From: Thecamonas trahens ATCC 50062 | Lineage: Eukaryota > Protista > Apusomonadida | DNA: 64,000 bases | NCBI RefSeq assembly: GCF_000142905.1 | Contig: NW_013657661.1 | Coordinates: 248,001 to 312,000 of the forward strand | Reading direction: 5' to 3' | Part shown: positions 23,584 through 32,648 of the stretch, one piece after another | Layout: each line of letters begins with the position of its first letter | Position numbering within the stretch: the first letter of the stretch is position 1 | Notes under the pieces: model-generated | What the model was told of the DNA's origin: nothing | Databases searched by the model: none | Seen by the model: the letters and a program-made list of their open reading frames with translations, nothing else | Program-made: the position numbers and the translations under genes

Positions 23584-23680
23584 GCGCGCTCGCCCTCGCT
23601 CTCGCCCTCTCGCCCTCCCTCCTGTGCAGGTGCTAAACATCACAGCATGCTTTATTGTGCGCAGACAGCCTACCCGCTCC

Positions 23681-24552
23681 TCACAGCTTGCGGCAGCACT
23701 TCTTGTACTTCTTGCCCGATCCGCAAGGGCACTTGTCGTTCGGCTTGACCTTGGGCCCCTTGGCCACTGTCGCCGTCGTCGTCGACACCTTCTTCAGCGG
23801 CTGGAACTGCTTGCCGGTGGGATCGACAAACGGATCAAACGCGTGGTCCTCTGCCAGCCGCGACAGTGGGTTCTTCGGGTTGTTGTGCGGCAGCGTCCCG
23901 CTGAGGAACGTCGCGTGGCAGGCCTCGCAGAGGTCTGTCTCCGCGACCATCGAGAGCCATCCCATGCGTCGACGACATGCATCGCGAGCAAAGAGCGGTT
24001 GATGGGAGCCAGCGAGCGAGCAGGAGAGAGAGAGAGACATTACATTACGGTGAGCGAGATTCTGATGGCGCCGGCCCCCCCCCTTTTCCTCCTCATCACC
24101 GTCACCATCACCTCCACCATCACCTCCACCAACCCCCAACCCCACCTCCAGCTGATCCCAACCGAGCCACCTCCCTGTCCAGGCTCATGCCCCGCCAAGG
24201 CGAGCTTCAGACACATGGACCACCTCTACCACCCACCGGTCCCCTACACTCTCGACCGAGACCACTGCACCGTCTCCTCTGCCAACTCCTTGCCTCAGCC
24301 GCCATCCCCAGCCCCCCCCCCCTTCCTCTCCCCCGGCCACCACTTCCCTCGGTCTCGTACGGCTCATCCCTCCCTCACCTCCTCCCTCACTCCCCCCCAA
24401 CCCCCCAACCCCTCACACACATCGCCCGTACCATGGTTGGCGCACTTGCTGCACTTGTACCGGAGACCAAACATGGGCTCGACACCGCAGCCATCGCAGG
24501 TAATGCCCGGATGGGTGCCCATCATGTTAGCCAGCGACTGAGTAGCAGCCAT
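23681..24552 (-). CDS. Small ZZ-type zinc finger + SEC-C motif protein (124 aa); exons 24552-24432 and 23934-23681
   Basis: Exon 1 HPGITCDGCGVEPMFGLRYKCSKCANH splices (GTACGG...CAG) to DLCEACH, completing a ZZ finger. C-terminus KPNDKCPCGSGKKYKKCC is a SEC-C motif. Confidence 0.85.
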
Positions 24553-24614
24553 TGTGAGAGAGAGAGAGAGAGAGAGAGGTAGCAACTAGCGGAGGGACAG
24601 TTCCCCCTACCACT

Positions 24615-24945
24615 ACGATCACCATCACCACCACCATCACCACACCACCATCACCATCACCACCACCATCACCACCACCATCACCACCACCACTACCACC
24701 ACCATCACCACCACCATCACCACCACCATCACCATCACCACCACCATCACCACCACATCACCATCACCACCACATCACCATCACCACCATCACCACCACC
24801 ATCACCACCACCATCACCATCACCACCACCATCACCACCACATCACCATCACCATCACCATCACCATCACCACCACCACCATCACCATCACCACCATCAC
24901 CACCACTATCACCACCACCACCACCACCACCACCACAATCACAAT
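24615..24945. repeat. (CAC/CAT)n trinucleotide microsatellite, ~330 bp
   Basis: Imperfect caccaccat array in the divergent intergenic region between the ZZ-SEC-C gene and the RBR gene. Confidence 0.95.
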
Positions 24946-25089
24946 CACCTTCCGCCCCTCCCCCCGCCCCCGCCCCCCCCTGCCCCCCCTTCCTCGGCTC
25001 CTCCCAAACCGGCAGTCTCAACCTCTCCCCTCCCCCGCCCCCACCCCACACGCACACACACTCCACCCCACTCACCCCACCCGCCCGCC

Positions 25090-28000
25090 ATGCCCTCCCG
25101 GCCCCTACACACGACAGCATGCCTGTCACTGCTGCTGCTGGCGGCGCTGGTAGCCTTGCCTGTCCAGGCTAGGGTAGGCGCCCAGTTCAAGGAGGCCTAC
25201 ACGGCGGTGCCTGGCTCCTGCACCAGCGACACCCACTGCGGCCTGTACTCGTTCTGCAACGACGACGGCATCTGCGAGAGCTCACTGACACAGGGCCGCA
25301 TTCTCGGCGGCATCATGCCCACGGCTACCGTCGTCGTTGTCGCCATCTTTGGCGCTTGCGCCGCCGCCATCGCCTGCGGCTGCAGCTCGTACTGGGCCTC
25401 GCCAGGCGCCCGATGCGCTTCGCCCGGCGAGGCCGGCATCGAGCGCGCAGTCCTCTCTGCCCAGGCTGCCACCATCTGCTGCATTGTCACCGCTCTGGCC
25501 CTCGGCCTCACCCTCGGGCTCTGGTCGGCCGACGTAACTCCGTCTGCGCCAGGCGCAGGCCGCAACTGCACCTCGCTACAGGCTCTGGCCTGCGAGCCCT
25601 ACTTTTGCGATCTCCGTGTCGAGCAGTGCTTCACCGCATGCTCCACCCAAGCGCACTGCTCGCTTGGCGCAGAGTGCAAGGCCGGCGTCTGCGTCTCCAC
25701 CCGCACCAATCTACCGTCCAACTCGGAGGGGCAGTCCCAGCCCAAGAACCCGGCCGGCCGCGTCGCCGCCATCGCCATCTTCTCCGCCCTCGGCTGGTTC
25801 TGCCTCTGCTCGGTCAGCGCCTTGTTTTGGAACATCAACGCCAACAAGTCCGACTACGATTGGTACTTTTGGTCCAAGTGCTGCGCCACAACAGGATGCA
25901 TCGCCATTGCTCTTGGTCTTGGCCTAGGCCTCGGCCTCCCACGCGCCACCATCGTACCTATCATGCCGGCCATCAACTCTACCACATGCGCTGGCGACCG
26001 CGCCTGTGCCCCGTACCTATGCAACGAGGACATCGGCGCGTGCTACGATGCCTGCGCCACCTCGGACGACTGCTTCACCTCGTTCTCGTGCTCGGCCGGC
26101 AAGTGTGTCCCCGGCTTTGCCGGCGTCGAAGTCCGCTCCGTCTCGGTCGGCGGCACTGTCGCCATCGTTGCCGCCATCGCCGTCTTTATCTGCTGCTGCT
26201 TCTCGTGCTTCTTTTACAAGTGCGACCCGTGCAGCGTGTACAACCAAGAGGAGCGCATGGTCGGCGGCCTCTTCTGCGCTCTCCTCTTCACCATTGTTGT
26301 TGTCGTCGTTGCCGGCCCGCTTATTGGCCTTGCCAAGCACGACGTCGAGTTTGCTCATCCCGCGCCACTCAATGGCACCGCTCACTGCGCGCAGGCCGAC
26401 GCTCTCGCCTGTGCGCCCTACTACTGCGACCTCACCTCGTCCAAGTGCCGTGCCTCGTGTGCTGCCGACGACGAGTGCATCACCGGCGCAAAGTGTTCCA
26501 AGTCAGGTGAGTGCGTGTACGACGGCCCGTCGCGAGAGTCCATGCTAGACTCGAAGCGCCGTACTCTTCCGGCGTGGGCCACCACCATCATCGCCCTCGT
26601 CAGTCCGCTCCCGCTTGTAGTCCTACTCCTCGGCGTCTTTATTCTCTTCACCGTCTTTAGGAACACCCGGTACGTCGTCGATCACGAGTACGACCTGGCT
26701 CCAGCCTCGTGTAATGGCGCCATTCTCTGCTGTGTCATCATTGCCCTCACTGTCGGCCTCGCCCTCGGCCTCACCCAGGTCGCCGGCAGTCCGTCGCCGC
26801 ACGCCGGAACCGTCACCCCGCATCTTGCCCCGGCCTTTCCTACATGGTTTGTCGTCACTGTCACCATGGCGGCCGCATGCGGCTCGTGCGGGCTTGTCCT
26901 TGTCATCGCGCGCTGCACCCTGTCGCTTCCGTGGCGAGCCGGCGTCATGTCCCTCGTAGAGTCCGACTCCCACACCGCTAAGGCCTTCTCCGCCTTTTGC
27001 TACCTTGTCATTACTTTTGCCGTTGTCATGACTGCTGTCGGCGTCGGGATGGGGACCCAGACCAAGCTCGTTGTTCCCGCCGCGCCTGGTGCTGTCAACG
27101 GCACGTCGTGCGTGACAGCCACCGACCCGCGGTGCTTCCCCTTCCGCTGCGACGTCTATGCCGGGACATGCTACGACTCGTGCACCACGTCTGAAGAGTG
27201 CATCGATGGCCAGCAGTGCCGCGCGGGCCAGTGCGCCACACCACCGTACAGCGGTCTCCTGCGCCCGCGCAGACTCAGCGCCGTCGTCGTCGCCGGCGCG
27301 GTTCTCCTCGCCTTCTCGCTATGCTTTATCTGCATCTCGTCGACCGCCGGCTGGCGGCCGCGCGCCCGACTCTGGCTCTCGGGCTTCCAGCGGTACCGGG
27401 TCCCGCTCATCAGCGTCACCTCGTGCTGCTGCGCCGTATTCGTGGGCGTCGTCGTCGCCATGCTGCTCCTCATGTGGAGCCGGGTCGACGATGTCGCACC
27501 GGTGGCCGCCACCGGTGCCGGCGCGCGGACCTGTCACCACATCGCTGACCTCGCGTGCGCGCCGTACCTGTGCGACTCGATCACTTCGAGCTGCTACAAT
27601 GTCTGCTCGTCTGACCGGCACTGTCAGGACTACTACGAGTGCGACAAAGCGGCCGGAAAGTGTGTGTATGCCTCGCGAGACTGGGCCCGCTTTATCGGCA
27701 ACATCCTCATTGCCGTCCTAGCCACCGGCCTGGTCCTTGGCATGGCCTCGTTCCGACTCGATCACTTGTACACCGCCCGCAAGATGAAGGCTGCGCTTCG
27801 CCGCCGCGAAGAGTTCCTCCGCCGGCTGCAAGAGTTCAAGGCCCAGCAAGCCGCCATCGAACCGGTTGTTCTTGACGTCGACACTCCAGTCGGTGAGGAT
27901 GGCCCGGACCCGACGCTGCCCACACCTGCCGGGGCAAGCGCCGGGGAAGGCGCCGCCTTTGACTTTGAAGGTGCCGAGCCCGTCGACATGGATGCACTGG

Positions 28001-30303
28001 CGGCTGCCGGTACAGCCGCGCCTGCGCCGCACACCTCGGATGTTTGCGGCATCTGCTACTTTGCCCCGTCAACTGTCCGCTTTGTCCGCAAAAACTGCAC
28101 CCATGGCTTCTGCAACGAGTGCGCGGCGTCGTCGCTGCAGATGATCATCGACACTGACCAGTTCCCGGCCCGCTGCCCAGGCTGCCTCGCCGAAGACATG
28201 GGCCTGGCGCCGGACGATCCCATGTTCCAAGCCTCGCTCATCGAGTCAGGTATCATCGAGCGGCTCGCCCGCCGTATGGTCATCGCCATCGACTTTGCCC
28301 GTCGCTTCATCTCGCTCCAGCTGATGAAGGCGTTTGCCTCGGACGACATCGTCATGTGCCCGGCGTGCTCGCTCCTCAACATCAAGCCCGACTGGGAAGC
28401 GGTGACCAAGTCGGCTCCGAATCGGTACGTGGTCACCTGCCCTAACTGCACCTCGGAGTTTTGCGCCGAGTGCCTTGGATTCTCGTTTGAGCACGACGGC
28501 TACACCTGCGAAGAGTACGCCCGCGCCATGGAGCGCGGTGACGACCGCCAGACCCAGGCTTTTATTGCGTCGACGTCCAAGCCGTGCCCATCGTGCGGTG
28601 TGCCGACGTCGCGGTGGCGCGGCCACGCCTGCCACCACATCACGCCTGGAACCGGGTGCGTCAACTGTGGCCATCACTACTGCATCGTGTGCCTCCAGCC
28701 GCATCCATGCGGCGGCTCAGACCACGGCCTCTTCTGCGACGACCGCTGCGACTGCCTCCCGTGTCCCGACTGCAGACCCGGCTCGCCATGTGCCCACTGC
28801 TACGGCGACGAGTCGTGCCCGTCGTGCCATCCGCCCCGCACCGCCGACGCGATGCGGAATCATGGCTTCACGCCCAACGACATAATCGGCGGCTTTGGCC
28901 TGCAGGACATGGGTAACGTACCGCTGCAGCCCATTCCACGCCCGCCGTCGCCGCCGCCGATGCCGCACGAGCCGGGCCATGCCCTCGACGATCTGCTCGG
29001 CGACCTCGGCCTTGACTACGTCCCTCCCGGCTTCTGGGACCCCGTCATTCCGCTCGCGCCATCATCGCCGGGCGATGTCGCCGGGCCGTCGGGCGCCGCT
29101 GGGCCGTCGGCGCCGCTGCCGCTGGCCGCACAGCGCGATACGCTCCTGCCGCCGCGCCGCCTTGTTATTCCCGAGGCCGGCGCTGGCATGACGCTCCACG
29201 ACCACATCCGCCTCATATCCGAGAACGGGCCGGATCGGCTGCCGCCTGCACCGCCACCGCTCCCGCCACCGGACTGGCGCCGCTCGTGGCGCAACGCAAC
29301 CTCGCACATCACCGCCCGCTCGCCCGAAGTAGTTCCGGTCCCAGCCGCAACCAGACTCGCCCCGCGCCGGCTTTCGGACGCTGACGTGCACTCTACATCG
29401 CGCAGCGCAAGCTCCGCTTCCGACGACGGCATCCAGCTCGAGCCTGTTCGGCCGCGGCCGTCGCGGCTCCAGCTCCCGACCCGAGGCCCGGCCACCGACG
29501 GCCATACGCCCGAGTCGGCCAACGATCGCGCATCGCCGCTCTACCTCCGCCGCGGGCTCAACCGGCTCGAGCTCACCCCCGAGGCCGTGACCAGCGCCTC
29601 ATCAGCAGGCGTCGACGACAACGCAGCCAACGTCTTTGACTTTTCCGCCTTTCCACGCACTGCTCGCGAGAATCTGGCACCGGTCACCTCGCGCTGGCTC
29701 TCGCCGCTCTCCGCCAGCCGGGCCCACCCGGCAACCGCATCACGGCGGCCACTCTCCAGCGAGTTCTTCCGCTTTGACGCGCCGCAGTCGGGCGGCGGCC
29801 GCGCCCTGCACTCCGCTGACGGGTCGACCCTTCCGCCTGTAGTGCGAACGCCGGCCTCGGCCCAGCGCCCGCGCATCGCCCAGTTTATGGCCATCACCGG
29901 TGTTGCTACCGAGCGCATCGCACGTAACTACCTCTCGCTCTTCAACTTTGACCTCGCCAGCGCCGTCCACTACCACAACGATGTCGAGGCCACGCTGCAA
30001 GCTCGCAACTACAAGTCGACCGCGAGCAGCGAGTCTGCGTCTGAGGCTGCGCCACCGCCGCCACCGCCTCCTGTGCCTGCCCCTGAGGCTGCGCATCTCT
30101 CGCCGGCAAGTCCCCGCGATGACATTATCCACCATCACCCACTTCCAGACTCTGAAGGCTCGGACGAGAGCGAGCTGACATCGTCGGCGACTGAAACATC
30201 ATCGACGGCCTCGACCTCGTCGTCTGCTAGCTGTGACGGTCGCGCTGCGCCAACCACCTCCAGTCATGTCACCGTCTCGTCGTCTTCTGCTGATCTGGTG
30301 TGA
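25090..30303 (+). CDS. Multipass membrane protein with repeated extracellular Cys-rich modules fused to an RBR (RING1-IBR-RING2) E3 ubiquitin ligase and a UBA-like domain
   Basis: Uninterrupted 1737-aa ORF. Signal peptide, ~13 hydrophobic segments and five 8-Cys modules. RING1 CGIC...CTHGFCNEC...CPGC, IBR CPAC...CPNCTSEFCAEC...H...C, RING2 KPCPSC...HACHHI...CVNCGHHYCIVC. UBA-like IAQFMAITGV...ARNYLSLFNFDLASAVHYH. Confidence 0.88.
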   Translation: MPSRPLHTTACLSLLLLAALVALPVQARVGAQFKEAYTAVPGSCTSDTHCGLYSFCNDDGICESSLTQGRILGGIMPTATVVVVAIFGACAAAIACGCSSYWASPGARCASPGEAGIERAVLSAQAATICCIVTALALGLTLGLWSADVTPSAPGAGRNCTSLQALACEPYFCDLRVEQCFTACSTQAHCSLGAECKAGVCVSTRTNLPSNSEGQSQPKNPAGRVAAIAIFSALGWFCLCSVSALFWNINANKSDYDWYFWSKCCATTGCIAIALGLGLGLGLPRATIVPIMPAINSTTCAGDRACAPYLCNEDIGACYDACATSDDCFTSFSCSAGKCVPGFAGVEVRSVSVGGTVAIVAAIAVFICCCFSCFFYKCDPCSVYNQEERMVGGLFCALLFTIVVVVVAGPLIGLAKHDVEFAHPAPLNGTAHCAQADALACAPYYCDLTSSKCRASCAADDECITGAKCSKSGECVYDGPSRESMLDSKRRTLPAWATTIIALVSPLPLVVLLLGVFILFTVFRNTRYVVDHEYDLAPASCNGAILCCVIIALTVGLALGLTQVAGSPSPHAGTVTPHLAPAFPTWFVVTVTMAAACGSCGLVLVIARCTLSLPWRAGVMSLVESDSHTAKAFSAFCYLVITFAVVMTAVGVGMGTQTKLVVPAAPGAVNGTSCVTATDPRCFPFRCDVYAGTCYDSCTTSEECIDGQQCRAGQCATPPYSGLLRPRRLSAVVVAGAVLLAFSLCFICISSTAGWRPRARLWLSGFQRYRVPLISVTSCCCAVFVGVVVAMLLLMWSRVDDVAPVAATGAGARTCHHIADLACAPYLCDSITSSCYNVCSSDRHCQDYYECDKAAGKCVYASRDWARFIGNILIAVLATGLVLGMASFRLDHLYTARKMKAALRRREEFLRRLQEFKAQQAAIEPVVLDVDTPVGEDGPDPTLPTPAGASAGEGAAFDFEGAEPVDMDALAAAGTAAPAPHTSDVCGICYFAPSTVRFVRKNCTHGFCNECAASSLQMIIDTDQFPARCPGCLAEDMGLAPDDPMFQASLIESGIIERLARRMVIAIDFARRFISLQLMKAFASDDIVMCPACSLLNIKPDWEAVTKSAPNRYVVTCPNCTSEFCAECLGFSFEHDGYTCEEYARAMERGDDRQTQAFIASTSKPCPSCGVPTSRWRGHACHHITPGTGCVNCGHHYCIVCLQPHPCGGSDHGLFCDDRCDCLPCPDCRPGSPCAHCYGDESCPSCHPPRTADAMRNHGFTPNDIIGGFGLQDMGNVPLQPIPRPPSPPPMPHEPGHALDDLLGDLGLDYVPPGFWDPVIPLAPSSPGDVAGPSGAAGPSAPLPLAAQRDTLLPPRRLVIPEAGAGMTLHDHIRLISENGPDRLPPAPPPLPPPDWRRSWRNATSHITARSPEVVPVPAATRLAPRRLSDADVHSTSRSASSASDDGIQLEPVRPRPSRLQLPTRGPATDGHTPESANDRASPLYLRRGLNRLELTPEAVTSASSAGVDDNAANVFDFSAFPRTARENLAPVTSRWLSPLSASRAHPATASRRPLSSEFFRFDAPQSGGGRALHSADGSTLPPVVRTPASAQRPRIAQFMAITGVATERIARNYLSLFNFDLASAVHYHNDVEATLQARNYKSTASSESASEAAPPPPPPPVPAPEAAHLSPASPRDDIIHHHPLPDSEGSDESELTSSATETSSTASTSSSASCDGRAAPTTSSHVTVSSSSADLV

Positions 30304-30390
30304 GATCCAGCCTCGCAGCCGTAAATCCCTCCTGCCGCCGGCAGCTGTCACCTGCCTGCCACTGCCACCGTCACTCCCACACTCCACTCC

Positions 30391-32619
30391 ATGAACTCGT
30401 CCGAGTCTGGGTCGGAGGCTCACTGGTGGGAGAGCGACTCCGAGTCGGGCTCGGCTGAGGAGCATGTGCCTCGGCCCGAGTCTGCCCTCCAGCTCTGCCT
30501 TACCCTCCATGCCCACGGCCTGGCCTTTCGAGTCCGCGAAGCCCTCAAGAGCCGGGCGGAGCGTGGTGGGAGTGGCAGGAGTGGCAGCAAGGATGTCGGC
30601 CGAAGCGCGCGTGCGAGGATGGCGGCCGTGGGCGAGGCGACGGCCCAGGTGCTACGTGGGCTGGGCCTGGAGGCCAAAGTCGAGGTGGAGGATGGTGAAG
30701 CCGAGTGTGAAGCCCGCGGGCGCGCCGACGCGCTGATGCGCGCGCGTCAGGGTGTGGCCTACGTCTTGGTCGGCCCATCGTCACGCAAGGCGCTGGAGGA
30801 TGCTTTTGCCGCTGCACAAGTGGGCGCCGCCGAGGCTGTCCGCATCTTAACGCTCTGCGGCTCGGCCCGGGTCCAGCAGATGGTGCTGGCGGTGGTACGA
30901 TCGGCGCGGACGTCAGCAGCGCTGGCAGAGACCATGAGCAACGCGATTAGAGCCGGCGATGGGGAGGCAGACGCCACCGATGCCACCCTCAACGAGCTGG
31001 TCGACCTGCCGCTAATCGGTGCTCTCGAGAGCACCGGCCTCCTCGCCGACGTCTGCGCCCTCCATGACAAGGCATCCCAGGCTGAGCTCTTCGACGCACT
31101 GGCGTCATTCAAGCTCACGCTCAGCCTAGGCGCACTCCCGCTTGACGCCATCAACAACTACTTTGGCTCTGAGATTGCTTTCTACTTTGCTTGGCTCCAC
31201 ATGTACACGGTGTATCTGGTTGCACCTGCGCTCTTGGGCTTGCTTGTCTTTGTCCATCAGTGGCTCGCCGACGCCTCGTTTGTGTGGCCGCTCATCCCCT
31301 ACGGTATCTGCCTCTCGCTCTGGTCGTCGGTCTTTCTACAGATGTGGCGGCGGCGGCAGTCGGCCATGGCCTACAAGTGGCTCGATGGCGAACTGGAGCT
31401 GCCGGCCACCCGGTGGGAGCACCGACCAGGCTTTGAGGGCGAGTGGATTCGCCACGAGCCGAGTGGCCTCTACGTCCTGCAGTATCCGACGTACATCCGG
31501 TATGCCAAGTATGCGGCGTCGGCGGTGGTCCTATTCCTGTTTGTGGCTGTGGTGGCCGGCTCGATCTGGGGTGTGCAAGAGCTGACGCGGACGCTCGAGG
31601 CCGAGTACCCGGCGTGCTACGATTGGGGCCACATCAAGGCCTCGCTCCTCGGCAACGAGTCGCCACCGCACGTGACCGCCGAAGCATTGTGGTGGTGCCA
31701 GGTCATCCGCATCGTGCCTGGCCTTGTCTCTGCCGTCGCCATCCAAGTCCTCTCGCGGGTATACACGGTCGTGGCCCGGCGCATCAACGCGTGGGAGAAC
31801 TACAAGTCGGAAACCTCGGCCCGCAACCACCTCCTCGCCAAGCTCTTTGTGTTTCAATTTGTCAACCACTTTGCTGCACTCTTCTACCTGGCCTTCTATC
31901 TGCGGGACTGGGACAAGCTCCGCCAGCGGTTGCTGGTAGTCCTTGTCTTCAACCAAGTGCTGGACAACTTCAAGGAGACGCTCGCTCCGGCGGTCATCAC
32001 GCTCCTTCGGGCATCCGTTCCGCTGGCGGCGGCTCCGGTTGCCCGCGACTCGCCTCACGCCGAGCTCATCGACCAGACCAACCGTCCTCGGTATGATGAC
32101 ACCATCTCAGACTTTCTGGAGATGCTCATTCAAACGGCGTATGTCACGTTCTTTGGCGCAGCCTTTCCGCTCGCCGCCGTCCTCGCTCTCGCCAACAACC
32201 TGGCGGAGATCCGAGTTGACGCACACAAGCTCTGCTCGCCGGGTGGGTACGCACGACCGTTTGCCCGTGCTGCGGCTGGCATTGGCGTCTGGTTGTACCT
32301 GCTTGACTTTATTTCGATTGTCGGTGTTCTCGTCAACACGGCCCTGCTAGTCATGACAACCAACTCGATCGACGAGTGGTGCGCGCGGTACGGATGGCCC
32401 GAAATGCTTGGCGTCTCGGCCGCGGTGCTCAAGATTGGTGGCGTCTTTGTGGCGGAGCATGCCATCCTCGGCATCAAGCTCGCGCTGCACCTTCTCATTC
32501 CTCCTGTTCCAGGCACCGTCAAGTGGTCACGGATCATCGCCGCCACGCCCAAGGCGTACCTGCACGAAAAGTCGGGCCCGTACGCCCGATCAATGGTCCG
32601 CAAGGCCAAGATCGCGTGA
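30391..32619 (+). CDS. Anoctamin/TMEM16 family (ANO10/TMEM16K-like) scramblase/channel
   Basis: PLDAINNYFGSEIAFYFAWL, WENYK, KLFVFQFVNHF..LFYLAF, DFLEMLIQTAYVTFFGAAFPLA, NNLAEIRVDAHKL. Confidence 0.93.
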   Translation: MNSSESGSEAHWWESDSESGSAEEHVPRPESALQLCLTLHAHGLAFRVREALKSRAERGGSGRSGSKDVGRSARARMAAVGEATAQVLRGLGLEAKVEVEDGEAECEARGRADALMRARQGVAYVLVGPSSRKALEDAFAAAQVGAAEAVRILTLCGSARVQQMVLAVVRSARTSAALAETMSNAIRAGDGEADATDATLNELVDLPLIGALESTGLLADVCALHDKASQAELFDALASFKLTLSLGALPLDAINNYFGSEIAFYFAWLHMYTVYLVAPALLGLLVFVHQWLADASFVWPLIPYGICLSLWSSVFLQMWRRRQSAMAYKWLDGELELPATRWEHRPGFEGEWIRHEPSGLYVLQYPTYIRYAKYAASAVVLFLFVAVVAGSIWGVQELTRTLEAEYPACYDWGHIKASLLGNESPPHVTAEALWWCQVIRIVPGLVSAVAIQVLSRVYTVVARRINAWENYKSETSARNHLLAKLFVFQFVNHFAALFYLAFYLRDWDKLRQRLLVVLVFNQVLDNFKETLAPAVITLLRASVPLAAAPVARDSPHAELIDQTNRPRYDDTISDFLEMLIQTAYVTFFGAAFPLAAVLALANNLAEIRVDAHKLCSPGGYARPFARAAAGIGVWLYLLDFISIVGVLVNTALLVMTTNSIDEWCARYGWPEMLGVSAAVLKIGGVFVAEHAILGIKLALHLLIPPVPGTVKWSRIIAATPKAYLHEKSGPYARSMVRKAKIA

Positions 32620-32648
32620 GCTGCAGTCTGGCTACCGCATCACTCGTC

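Noticed and set aside
24615-24945. Possible poly-His/Thr coding region or CRISPR-like array
   Set aside because: It is a simple trinucleotide microsatellite with phase slips, no unique spacers and no cas genes.
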